Shown: one piece after another, positions 54,712-62,960 of the stretch
Position numbering within the stretch: the first letter of the stretch is position 1
How the letters are laid out: the number at the start of each line of letters is the position of its first letter
Source: a virus
Taxonomy: Duplodnaviria; Caudoviricetes
Strand: one strand, 5' to 3'
DNA length: 64,000 bases
IMG/VR virus record: IMGVR_UViG_3300021389_000018
Span: 1,030-65,029 of that record
The notes under the pieces: generated by a model
Told to the model about the DNA's origin: nothing
The model's database searches: none
Seen by the model: the letters and a program-made list of their open reading frames with translations, nothing else
Position numbers and translations under genes: made by a program

Positions 54712-54984
54712 ATGATAGCTAATTGGAACAAGATTATTAACTCAGCGAGTTTATCTGAGGTTAATAAGACTCAGAACATACAAGAGTATGTTAAGCGTAA
54801 GGATTATAATAGGGATACTAAGTTGACTAAGGTAGCTTCACCTAGTATAGGTCATAAGACTAAGCAGGTTAAGAAGGCTAATGATACTCATCCTAGATGG
54901 AAGCAGTCTATTATAGCACCTCATAGTATAGAGGCTAAGGTAGATAGAATAGAGCGTTTGTGTTTAGAAATACTAAATAAATAG
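54712..54984 (+). CDS. early hypothetical protein
   Basis: ORF in the early operon. Confidence 0.6.
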   Translation: MIANWNKIINSASLSEVNKTQNIQEYVKRKDYNRDTKLTKVASPSIGHKTKQVKKANDTHPRWKQSIIAPHSIEAKVDRIERLCLEILNK

Positions 54985-54987
54985 GCT

Positions 54988-55290
54988 ATGAAGTTTAAGT
55001 TAAGTAAGGCACACGATGGTAGTCAGATAGTACTATCGTTAGATTGTTTTGATATAAGTATAGTGAGCCATAAGTATAGCTATGGTGGTAAGCAAGGTCT
55101 ATATGAGCTAGGTGTGTTTTGGACTGATGAACCTGTATACTATAATAGTAATGGTAATAGGACAGAGTTTGTTAATGATGTTAAAGGTTGGTTAGATGAG
55201 GATTCGGTAACTAACATAGTTGATAGACTAAGTTCATTAGATCAATCGAGTGATAGGTTAGTGTATAATATATTAGAAATACTGCAATGA
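54988..55290 (+). CDS. early hypothetical protein
   Basis: SYGGKQGLYELGV...DVKGWL motif of a common small phage family. Confidence 0.7.
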   Translation: MKFKLSKAHDGSQIVLSLDCFDISIVSHKYSYGGKQGLYELGVFWTDEPVYYNSNGNRTEFVNDVKGWLDEDSVTNIVDRLSSLDQSSDRLVYNILEILQ

Positions 55291-55595
55291 CAATAAGAGA
55301 TATTAATGAACTGCAACAGCAGTTTGAGGTAGACTATTATCAAGAGATAATAGAGAGCGGACTAGCTTGGAATATGCAAGGTAGAATAGGCAGAAGGTGT
55401 ATGGAATACCTTAAGTCTGGTGTATGTTATTTACCTCTAGTAGATCACTATGATTACTGGGGTAATGAAGTACCGAGTCGGTCTAAGGTGGCTAATGGTT
55501 CACCGGGTAGTTTATCATTGGCTAAGAGTTTTTGGTCTGATGATACTAAGTATGAGAGTTATTTTGATTTTGAAACACAATTATATAATGAATAG
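55287..55595 (+). CDS. early hypothetical protein
   Basis: QEIIESGLAWNMQGRIGR...DYWGNEVPSR motif. Confidence 0.7.
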   Translation: MTIRDINELQQQFEVDYYQEIIESGLAWNMQGRIGRRCMEYLKSGVCYLPLVDHYDYWGNEVPSRSKVANGSPGSLSLAKSFWSDDTKYESYFDFETQLYNE

Positions 55596-55598
55596 GTT

Positions 55599-55979
55599 AT
55601 GGGATTAGATATGTATTTAATGAAGCGAGTTAGAGTTAATAAGAATGAGGACTCGGTTGATACTGAATTGGTTTATTGGAGAAAAGCTAATGCTATACAT
55701 AATTTCTTTACTAGCTTAAAAGACCAACACGAAAGCTGTGAGTCTATTGAGGTTACTAAGGATATGTTAGGTATGTTATTAGATAGATGTACTATGGTAT
55801 TAGAAGATAGGAGTAGGGCTGATGAGTTATTACCTACTACTAGTGGGTTCTTCTTTGGTAGTACTCAGTATGATGAATGGTACTTTAATAAGTTAGAAGA
55901 TACAATAAGAGATATAACTCCTATACTATCTGATGGTGATATAAAAGATGGAGACCTGTACTACTTCGGTTGGTACTGA
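55599..55979 (+). CDS. early conserved phage protein (MGLDMYL/YWRKAN family)
   Basis: MGLDMYL...YWRKANAIHNFF...LLPTTSGFFFGSTQYDEWY. Confidence 0.8.
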   Translation: MGLDMYLMKRVRVNKNEDSVDTELVYWRKANAIHNFFTSLKDQHESCESIEVTKDMLGMLLDRCTMVLEDRSRADELLPTTSGFFFGSTQYDEWYFNKLEDTIRDITPILSDGDIKDGDLYYFGWY

Positions 55980-55984
55980 GAATC

Positions 55985-56039
55985 TACATTGAGAAGAATT
56001 TTGTTTGTACGTAGTACAAACTAAATTCTTTTCAATGTA
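55985..56039. repeat. 26-bp inverted repeat with 3-nt loop upstream of the radC-like gene
   Basis: TACATTGAGAAGAATTTTGTTTGTAC-GTA-GTACAAACTAAATTCTTTTCAATGTA, 24/26 Watson-Crick pairs. Confidence 0.9.
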
Positions 56040-56117
56040 AAAAGGGAAGAAAGTTTGCCCTACCTTGAATGGAGATGTCCGAGAGACGGACAACAATACA
56101 CAAATAAATTATATGTT

Positions 56118-56576
56118 ATGGAATTAAAGAAAGTATTTTTAGGTGAGTCGGTTGTTAAGTATGTAAAGGCTAAAGAGCCGGAAGATTATGCAGTTCGCAG
56201 TTCCCGTGATGCTTATCAAATGTTTAAAGATATTATTGGTAATGAAGTACACGAAAGAGAATTGTTCTGCGTTGCTTATCTAAACAGAGCTAATAAGGTA
56301 TTGTGGACTGAGATAATGTTTATGGGTGGTATCACAGGTACACTAGTTGATAAGAGATTGATTATAAAGAAGGCTTTAGCAGGTAATAGTACCTCTATTA
56401 TTGTATGCCACAATCATCCAAGTGGTGCTAAAAATCCTAGTGAGAATGATAGAAGGATGACTAAAGAACTCAAGGAAGCCTGTAAGTTATTAGATATATC
56501 ATTGCTCGACCACATAATAGTAACTGATGATGGTTACTATTCCTTCTCTGATCACGGAGAAAGAAGTTTATCATAA
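56118..56576 (+). CDS. radC: RadC-like JAB/MPN domain protein
   Basis: ERELFCVAYLNRANKV, GGITGTLVD, HNHPSG..NPSEND, LLDHIIV. Confidence 0.9.
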   Translation: MELKKVFLGESVVKYVKAKEPEDYAVRSSRDAYQMFKDIIGNEVHERELFCVAYLNRANKVLWTEIMFMGGITGTLVDKRLIIKKALAGNSTSIIVCHNHPSGAKNPSENDRRMTKELKEACKLLDISLLDHIIVTDDGYYSFSDHGERSLS

Positions 56577-56584
56577 TTAAGTAC

Positions 56585-56611
56585 AGCCTCACCATTTTGG
56601 TGGGGCTTTTT
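56585..56611 (+). terminator. intrinsic terminator
   Basis: AGCCTCACCA-TTT-TGGTGGGGCT followed by T-tract. Confidence 0.8.
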
Positions 56612-56634
56612 ATTAACCCTGTAAATTAAATTAT

Positions 56635-57510
56635 ATGACACAGCAGGAAAAAGTCTTTCAAGTGTTGGAAGCAACAGGATTGAATTGGACTGTTAACAAG
56701 AAAGAACTTGTATCAGTCGATGGATTAAACACTGACTCATTCGGTATCTTCCGTAATGATAACGACAAATGGTTAGGTACTGTTGGTAAAAGATACGAGC
56801 CGTATCAGAACCATCAGCTAGTATCTAATATGGTAGACATTACCAATGAGGTAGGTCTTGATGTAACTAGAGGCGGTACTCTAAATAGTGGTAGTAAGGT
56901 GTACTTACAAGCTAGTTTACCGGATGATATTGTAGGTAATAGTGGTATCAAGCGTTGGCTTACTACTACTAACAGCCACGATGGTACTAGTGCTATAACA
57001 CTAGGGTACTCTAATATGGTGATTGCTTGTAGTAATTCATTCCACGCTGCTAGTAAGGGTAGTAATAGATACCGGCATACTATCAATGCAGAGTCTAATA
57101 TACAGGAGAATGTCAAGCAGATTAAGATGACCTTAGCTAATGAGATGAGGCTTATTGAGACATTCAAAGCGATGCAGTCTACTGATATTAAAGATGAGGC
57201 TATTGATAAAACTGTTAGGGCTTTGTTCAGCATCGGGTTAGATACTATACAGGATGACATCAGTACTCGTAAGCGTAATCAAGTAGAGACCTTTAGTGAT
57301 AACCTTGTTACAGAGATTAATACTCACGGCAAGACTATGTGGTCGCTGTTCAATGCGGTTACTAGATATACTAATCACGAGGCTTCACCTATTGATGATG
57401 ATGCTAAGAATAACTACCTAATGAATGGTGGTGGGTTTAAACTTAATAACATTGGATACAATGAGATTATGAAATTTGTTGATGCTAATACCGAGGGCAT
57501 CTTAATCTAA
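56635..57510 (+). CDS. DUF932 family protein
   Basis: GLNWTV, LGTVGKRYEPYQN, NSHDGT, IACSNS, TMWSLFNAVTRYTNH. Confidence 0.85.
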   Translation: MTQQEKVFQVLEATGLNWTVNKKELVSVDGLNTDSFGIFRNDNDKWLGTVGKRYEPYQNHQLVSNMVDITNEVGLDVTRGGTLNSGSKVYLQASLPDDIVGNSGIKRWLTTTNSHDGTSAITLGYSNMVIACSNSFHAASKGSNRYRHTINAESNIQENVKQIKMTLANEMRLIETFKAMQSTDIKDEAIDKTVRALFSIGLDTIQDDISTRKRNQVETFSDNLVTEINTHGKTMWSLFNAVTRYTNHEASPIDDDAKNNYLMNGGGFKLNNIGYNEIMKFVDANTEGILI

Positions 57511-57530
57511 CTCGGTAATTGGTTTGGTTT

Positions 57531-57561
57531 GCCCTGTCCCCTTCGGGGGGCGGGGCTTTTT
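57531..57561 (+). terminator. intrinsic terminator
   Basis: GCCCTGTCCCC-TTCG-GGGGGCGGGGC followed by T-tract. Confidence 0.85.
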
Positions 57562-57575
57562 AATTTAAATGTTTT

Positions 57576-57929
57576 ATGAAAAAGATTTATACAGAGAAAG
57601 ACATAGTTCGTAAGTGGGCTAGGAAATGTAACATTACCGGTGAAGGTATGAATGAAGGTTGGTGTTGGGGTGATGGAAGCTTCTACACTAAGTATAAGAA
57701 AGATACCATAGAAGAAATAAGATATAGAGATACATCATTAGACCTAAACCTAGACTATAGTAAGATGAGTGATGATGAACTGCTTGATCTATACTTTGAG
57801 AATGATATATTTTATTGGACTGAATGGTATGATGATGAGTATATTATCTATGCTGAGATGAGTGATGGTAATGTAATAGAGATAAATGAAATAGAATCTG
57901 AACCAACGTATTTTAATTTAAATAAGTGA
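57576..57929 (+). CDS. early hypothetical protein
   Basis: ARKCNITGEGMNEGW...YWTEW motif; acidic. Confidence 0.7.
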   Translation: MKKIYTEKDIVRKWARKCNITGEGMNEGWCWGDGSFYTKYKKDTIEEIRYRDTSLDLNLDYSKMSDDELLDLYFENDIFYWTEWYDDEYIIYAEMSDGNVIEINEIESEPTYFNLNK

Positions 57930-57930
57930 T

Positions 57931-58110
57931 ATGAGTAAGAGAGATGAAGTAGCTGAGTGGTATATATCTAACATATACCCCGATGTAATGGACAAAGAGG
58001 CAGAGATTGAGTGGTTAATTACTCAATTAAAAGATGATGCCTTTACTACCATTGAGGAAATGTATGATGAACAAATGTCTAACCTAGAAGCTGATGGCTT
58101 CTTTAAATAA
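57931..58110 (+). CDS. unannotated 59-aa acidic early protein
   Basis: Translates to MSKRDEVAEWYISNIYPDVMDKEAEIEWLITQLKDDAFTTIEEMYDEQMSNLEADGFFK; fills the gap. Confidence 0.65.
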   Translation: MSKRDEVAEWYISNIYPDVMDKEAEIEWLITQLKDDAFTTIEEMYDEQMSNLEADGFFK

Positions 58111-58119
58111 ATAAGTGTA

Positions 58120-58683
58120 ATGAAACAATTTATTATCAAGTTCTTGGGTCTTGACAAAATCCAACAAGAGTTAGAGTCTGTGAAAGCACAGTCTTACAAG
58201 TTAGAACAACAACTAATAGATGTTGATTGGACCGATGAAGCTAGTAGAGGTATTGACTATGATACACTGTCTGGTTATATAGATGAGGGCGATGTTGCTA
58301 ATTGCTTTGATGCAAATGATATAGCTTCTAGAATTGATGTAAGTGATATAGCTTATGAGATTGACACTAGAGAGTTAGCACAAGGTATTGCCGATGAGCT
58401 TAGTTACTCTGATATAGCTGATAACATTAGCGAACAACACATTGCTGATTGTTTAGATATGGATGAGCCTATTACCAATATAATAAATGAATTGGATTGG
58501 GAAACTATACTATCTAATATCAATGTGGGTGATAGACTTGCTGAAACATCTAGTGATACTGAAGAAGATACTACTCGTAACATTAGTATGGATGCGGTTG
58601 AGTCTATGATAGATGCTAAGGTACAGCAGTTTGCTGATAGCCTTGAGGTAATGGTAAGTGCTAAATTAAATATCAATAAGTAA
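58120..58683 (+). CDS. very acidic early protein with ~9-residue internal repeats
   Basis: IDEGDVANC/FDANDIASR/IDVSDIAYE/IDTRELAQG...LSYSDIADN/ISEQHIADC. Confidence 0.7.
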   Translation: MKQFIIKFLGLDKIQQELESVKAQSYKLEQQLIDVDWTDEASRGIDYDTLSGYIDEGDVANCFDANDIASRIDVSDIAYEIDTRELAQGIADELSYSDIADNISEQHIADCLDMDEPITNIINELDWETILSNINVGDRLAETSSDTEEDTTRNISMDAVESMIDAKVQQFADSLEVMVSAKLNINK

Positions 58684-58877
58684 TGTTAGAGGTAAGTAAA
58701 GATATGCTAGATGCTTTAGCTTGGTTCAGAGATAATGATATCCCTGCAACTATAGATGATGGTAGCCTATTCATTGAAGTGAATAGCTATGAGATTATGG
58801 TAGACTCATCAGAGGTTTCGTACCGAGCTGAGTTATGGAAAGAGTATAACAACGAGGGGGCTGATAACCCCTCTTAA
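58683..58877 (+). CDS. early hypothetical protein
   Basis: Coupled ORF. Confidence 0.6.
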   Translation: MLEVSKDMLDALAWFRDNDIPATIDDGSLFIEVNSYEIMVDSSEVSYRAELWKEYNNEGADNPS

Positions 58878-58884
58878 ATTTTCA

Positions 58885-59271
58885 ATGACTATGAAAACAA
58901 AAGAATTAATACCTATGGAATTTATCAGTAGCCACGGCACTCTCTATGTTAACGAAGATGGAACTATCCATCCCGATACTGACATAGATGATGGTTGGCT
59001 ACTCGATGTAGAACGAGTAGACATAGAAGAACTAGATAACTATCTAAGCTACTATGACCTACCCCTCGCTCAAGGTGGCGATGTACTTGACTTTGCTTAT
59101 TGGGATAAAAAAGGTGTATACCATTTACCTTCTAGGCAATGGCGAGAGGATACCTTTCACAGAGTGAGTGTTGACTCTGACCCCGATGAAGCTAAGGCTT
59201 ATTGGACTAAGGAAAGAATCAATGAGTTTATTGATAAGAGTTTTGAATGGATTAAAAACAATAGACTATGA
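58885..59271 (+). CDS. early acidic hypothetical protein
   Basis: ORF in the operon. Confidence 0.65.
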   Translation: MTMKTKELIPMEFISSHGTLYVNEDGTIHPDTDIDDGWLLDVERVDIEELDNYLSYYDLPLAQGGDVLDFAYWDKKGVYHLPSRQWREDTFHRVSVDSDPDEAKAYWTKERINEFIDKSFEWIKNNRL

Positions 59272-59495
59272 AAAATGATTTAAAAGTTACAGGTGTTAGA
59301 TACTATGACACTCGTAGAGGTATTGGATATGAATGCACTACTAATGTAGATGGTGTAAGAATATGGAACGATGGTATGGGTGGTATTACTTTTATTGAAG
59401 GTACTTGGTCTCTTATCAAATCTTATCAGCACCTTAATGATAATGATTTAGAAAAATTAATAGACGCTTATGAAAATAGTTTGGTTACAGGATGA
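59268..59495 (+). CDS. early hypothetical protein
   Basis: VRYYDTRRGIGYEC...IWNDGMGG.T motif. Confidence 0.65.
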   Translation: MKNDLKVTGVRYYDTRRGIGYECTTNVDGVRIWNDGMGGITFIEGTWSLIKSYQHLNDNDLEKLIDAYENSLVTG

Positions 59496-60171
59496 CAACA
59501 TATTTGTTGTATCTAAATCTAAAACAACTAATAAGAAAATAAGTGATGGGTCTGCCTTAGTACAGACCTACACATTTAGTAAAGACCAATGGTTACTAGC
59601 TACTACTAGTAAGGGATTCGGTATGAAGAAGTTCTTTGCTATGGATGGTACTAATTGTTTGGACTGCCCTTACTCTGGTAATCAAGGTAAGGGTGGCTGT
59701 TATACCCATAAGTTCAATCAGTATGTAGGCTTTCTTAGTATGCTTAGATCTATTAAGTTCTCAGACCTTACACCGCTTGATGCTGATAAGTATCTTGATG
59801 TGGTATTAATGTGTAAAGATTCTTATGTAAGGTTCGGTACTTATGGCGAGCCAAGTCTACTGAACTTTAGTTTGGTAAAGAATATGGCTTATGCTTCTAA
59901 GTCTTGGACAGGTTACACTCATCAATGGAATAAAGAGTGGGCAGATGAGTATAGTAAATACTTTATGGCTAGCACTCACAACAAGGAGGAAACCTATAAG
60001 GCAAGACAAAAGAACTACCGCTCGTTCATTGCTAGTACTACCGGTACTGAAGAAGCGGTTACTTGTCCAGCTAGTGCTGAGGCAGGATTCAAATCAAACT
60101 GTGCAAGCTGTGGCTTGTGTAGTGGTACGTTAGGTAAAGGAAGTAAGGATGTTAAAATCTTAGAACATTAG
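59470..60171 (+). CDS. Cys-rich protein with degenerate radical-SAM/Fe-S-like features (gp88-like)
   Basis: CLDCPY...GCY, VRFGTYGEP, WTGYTHQW, CPAS...CASCGLC. Confidence 0.6.
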   Translation: MKIVWLQDDNIFVVSKSKTTNKKISDGSALVQTYTFSKDQWLLATTSKGFGMKKFFAMDGTNCLDCPYSGNQGKGGCYTHKFNQYVGFLSMLRSIKFSDLTPLDADKYLDVVLMCKDSYVRFGTYGEPSLLNFSLVKNMAYASKSWTGYTHQWNKEWADEYSKYFMASTHNKEETYKARQKNYRSFIASTTGTEEAVTCPASAEAGFKSNCASCGLCSGTLGKGSKDVKILEH

Positions 60172-60173
60172 TA

Positions 60174-60473
60174 ATGAAGACTAAATATACAGATGAGCAA
60201 CTGCGAGAGCATAGCCTAAAGAAAGCTAAGGCTCTAGAGCAGATATGGATTAACATACGAATGCTAGATGAGTATGATCGTATGATGTTGACCGAAGAGA
60301 TAGAAAGATTAAATACAAAAGAATTAGGTGGCGGACCTTATGACCACCTTGAATATGTAGAGGTGCAATACGGTAATGAGGTAGAGATATGGGAAGATCC
60401 TAATACAGGGGATGCTTATGAAGTACCCATTGATATAGACAGACACTTTCACATTGCTAAGAAACTAAATTAA
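60174..60473 (+). CDS. early hypothetical protein
   Basis: ORF in the operon. Confidence 0.6.
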   Translation: MKTKYTDEQLREHSLKKAKALEQIWINIRMLDEYDRMMLTEEIERLNTKELGGGPYDHLEYVEVQYGNEVEIWEDPNTGDAYEVPIDIDRHFHIAKKLN

Positions 60474-60479
60474 ATAATT

Positions 60480-60800
60480 ATGTCATCAATTTACAAGGAT
60501 CAGTACAAAGAAGGGGATCATTTTAAATCCTACAAAAAAGTAACAACATTAGATGAAGCATTAAAGCATCCGCTAGTCCATCGTGAGGGTATTGAATTTT
60601 ACGGACCCAGAGAGGGCTGGCAAGAAGATGGTTATATGTACCGAGTAAATCTGTCAAGCGAGGCAATGAATTATTGGGTTAGCTGTGAGATTGGCGAGCA
60701 TATGTCTGCTATAAATCTATATGGAGAAACAGAGAAAGAAGCAAGGGAGCAAGTCCTTTGGTTGCTCAACGATTCTTTTTCTTATATGGAATCACACTAA
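60480..60800 (+). CDS. early hypothetical protein
   Basis: ORF in the operon. Confidence 0.6.
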   Translation: MSSIYKDQYKEGDHFKSYKKVTTLDEALKHPLVHREGIEFYGPREGWQEDGYMYRVNLSSEAMNYWVSCEIGEHMSAINLYGETEKEAREQVLWLLNDSFSYMESH

Positions 60801-60801
60801 C

Positions 60802-60839
60802 GTGAAACAATTAGTTTCACACTTAAAGTAATACTTTAA
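60802..60839. repeat. double-palindrome element, second copy of 53834-53870
   Basis: 31/37 ungapped identity with 53834-53870. Confidence 0.8.
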
Positions 60840-60864
60840 CTAAACACACTTAAATTAAATAATT

Positions 60865-61089
60865 ATGCCTACTAAAAAATTCAGTACCCCGGAAACAGAA
60901 CTACTTGCTATGTACTTTAACTATGAGAAAAAAGGTTGGAAGACTACAGAGGAGGTAAAATCTTTTGTTGATAACTACCTGCAAGAGCAGTTAAGTAAAG
61001 CTAAAAGAGGCTATATGCAATTTGCTGTTAAACAAATGATTAAGCAAGCAGACAAAGTAATCAAGTACGAAGAGTTAGTCAGTGAATAA
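60865..61089 (+). CDS. hypothetical protein
   Basis: ORF with AT-rich leader. Confidence 0.6.
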   Translation: MPTKKFSTPETELLAMYFNYEKKGWKTTEEVKSFVDNYLQEQLSKAKRGYMQFAVKQMIKQADKVIKYEELVSE

Positions 61090-61095
61090 ATACAC

Positions 61096-61184
61096 TTGAT
61101 AGTATCAATGATATTGTCTAACTTCGGACTATCATCTTGATGCCTAGATGGGAGGGGCATCCCAAAGCCCCCTCCCTCGTTTTT
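61096..61184 (+). promoter_or_regulatory. putative promoter (TTG...TAACTTCG at 61119-61126) overlapped by an imperfect hairpin, followed by a GC hairpin and T-tract (61150-61184)
   Basis: Variant -7 box identical to that at 53579-53586; GGGAGGGGC-ATCCCAAA-GCCCCCTCCC. Confidence 0.45.
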
Positions 61185-61213
61185 CAATTAGGGCTAACTA
61201 TATTTAAAAAATT

Positions 61214-61570
61214 ATGTTACGTAGATTACTACTATGGTTTAGGAAACCAAGAGTGTCCTATCTTATTACAGATACAAATGTAGAAGAGATATGGTACAAC
61301 CGATTAGGTCTAAAGACTCAGCGTTCAGCTGATACAGGTATGGTCTTGATTATTAAGAAGGATGTAAGGGGAAGCGGTATAGTATATTACCGTTTCCATA
61401 ACCAACCATTTGATGGGTCAGAGATACTTAAGTATACCACTAGTAAACCTAATGGCGCTATATACATACACCAAGGATATGATACCAAGGTATTGCTAGA
61501 CAAAAAGTACCGTATCCTTTTTGGATACTACCCTTCAAGAATATATATAAAGAGATTGTATGACCAATGA
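61214..61570 (+). CDS. hypothetical protein
   Basis: ORF with AT-rich leader. Confidence 0.6.
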   Translation: MLRRLLLWFRKPRVSYLITDTNVEEIWYNRLGLKTQRSADTGMVLIIKKDVRGSGIVYYRFHNQPFDGSEILKYTTSKPNGAIYIHQGYDTKVLLDKKYRILFGYYPSRIYIKRLYDQ

Positions 61571-61907
61571 TTGTAATAGATGGCTGGAGCGCCTGCTTGA
61601 GGAAGGCGCACCTGCCAATGTGTTAAAAGAGTTTAAGATTCTTTACAGTGAGCTGATGCTAGGTATAGCAACCAACGATTCCTTTACAAAGGATGAGATA
61701 TTTGATGTGATAAAAAGTATTGGGGATTCAGATGCTGATGCTGTAGATGCTAAAATGTACTTAGCTTATGTTATAGGTAAGTTCCAAGCAGCTGATGCCT
61801 ATGCTACAACTATAGGTGGTATCCTTAATGAGGATGCTACTGAAGATACTATGCTATTCATAGATAAGCTAATGGATGAAGCAGTAAAAGAAATTATAAA
61901 TCGTTAA
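61560..61907 (+). CDS. hypothetical protein
   Basis: ORF overlapping the upstream gene. Confidence 0.6.
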   Translation: MTNDCNRWLERLLEEGAPANVLKEFKILYSELMLGIATNDSFTKDEIFDVIKSIGDSDADAVDAKMYLAYVIGKFQAADAYATTIGGILNEDATEDTMLFIDKLMDEAVKEIINR

Positions 61908-61910
61908 GCT

Positions 61911-62087
61911 ATGAAGTTATTAAGAGTTACAAAGCACAAGGTATATGTCAATAGATACCTAACAGATCTAAGATGGACTATGATAAATAATTGTCTGTCT
62001 TCAGTAGAAGATAATAAGAAAAAGATAACCGCTTCTGCTAAGTTAATTAAGAAGTACGAGCGTAGACTTAGACTATTAAAGTATTAA
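61911..62087 (+). CDS. unannotated 58-aa basic protein
   Basis: Translates to MKLLRVTKHKVYVNRYLTDLRWTMINNCLSSVEDNKKKITASAKLIKKYERRLRLLKY. Confidence 0.6.
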   Translation: MKLLRVTKHKVYVNRYLTDLRWTMINNCLSSVEDNKKKITASAKLIKKYERRLRLLKY

Positions 62088-62280
62088 AGATGGGGCTATA
62101 ACAGTTCTCCGAAGCCTTGGGGAATGAGGGAATACCTGCCGCATTCACTATCATCAGGTCAACACTACGCCCCACACCACACTTGGTTTATTCAGTAGTT
62201 AAGGTATTCAAAGGCATTGAAGTATAGTAGACATCACTCAACAAGCTATCTTGTCGGAAACATATTTTTTTATATGGGGC

Positions 62281-62311
62281 TTGGATGTCTGCTTTGCTTC
62301 TCTTATATTTG
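62281..62311 (+). promoter_or_regulatory. Bacteroidota promoter (TTG at about -33 and TATATTTG -7 box at 62304-62311)
   Basis: Consensus match 27 nt upstream of ATG 62338. Confidence 0.65.
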
Positions 62312-62337
62312 TTAACAGTAATTAACAATTCAATATA

Positions 62338-62544
62338 ATGGCTTATCACAACAACCCTGAACACAAGAAGGTTATTGACTGCGTGTTGAAACAAAATGCA
62401 GTTATGTTCGCTAACCTTGGATCTGATTGTTCTAAATCAGATTACGACAAAGCAAAGATAAAAGAGAGACAGAAGCTTCGTAAAATTCATCATTTAGATG
62501 AGGAAAAGATTAGCAGACTTATTAAGGATTCTTTAGATGACTAG
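62338..62544 (+). CDS. hypothetical protein
   Basis: ORF after a promoter; MFANLGSD motif. Confidence 0.65.
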   Translation: MAYHNNPEHKKVIDCVLKQNAVMFANLGSDCSKSDYDKAKIKERQKLRKIHHLDEEKISRLIKDSLDD

Positions 62545-62689
62545 TTCATCTAAAGCATTGTATTACTTAGAGAAATACAATGAATCCGAAGCAATTTTAC
62601 AAGCAACTCAATGTTTAATAATGGCTCCCCCCAGAGAAAAAGATTTCTGGTGGAATGTTATTGAAAAAATTAAGAATAATGGAAAATGA
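62537..62689 (+). CDS. unannotated 50-aa protein
   Basis: Translates to MTSSSKALYYLEKYNESEAILQATQCLIMAPPREKDFWWNVIEKIKNNGK; overlaps both neighbours. Confidence 0.55.
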   Translation: MTSSSKALYYLEKYNESEAILQATQCLIMAPPREKDFWWNVIEKIKNNGK

Positions 62690-62960
62690 TATGATTAGAT
62701 TCCGGAAAGCTGTTAAGTTAATCTTGTTGATGCAAGCTACTTTAGAGCAGATGGATGAATTAAAGACTACAGCTATCTATCAAAAGGATGTAAAGCATAT
62801 TATGAATAATCTAGAGCGTAAGCTAGAGAGATTTATAAAGCCTCACATTCATCAGCTTGCTCAGACCGAAGAGTTTATGATGATGCAAATATCAAGAGGT
62901 GTAGATAAAATAGTTAAATCAACATTAGAAGACATACACAACTACTCGGATGAAAAATAG
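62679..62960 (+). CDS. helical hypothetical protein
   Basis: LLMQATLEQMDELKTT.IYQKDVK; ATG 62679 preferred. Confidence 0.65.
   Translation: MENDMIRFRKAVKLILLMQATLEQMDELKTTAIYQKDVKHIMNNLERKLERFIKPHIHQLAQTEEFMMMQISRGVDKIVKSTLEDIHNYSDEK

Noticed and set aside
62090-62179. Canonical tRNA-Ala or tmRNA, suggested by the GGGGCTATA start
   Set aside because: No T-loop GTTCRA, D-loop or anticodon arm; kept only as a low-confidence structured RNA candidate
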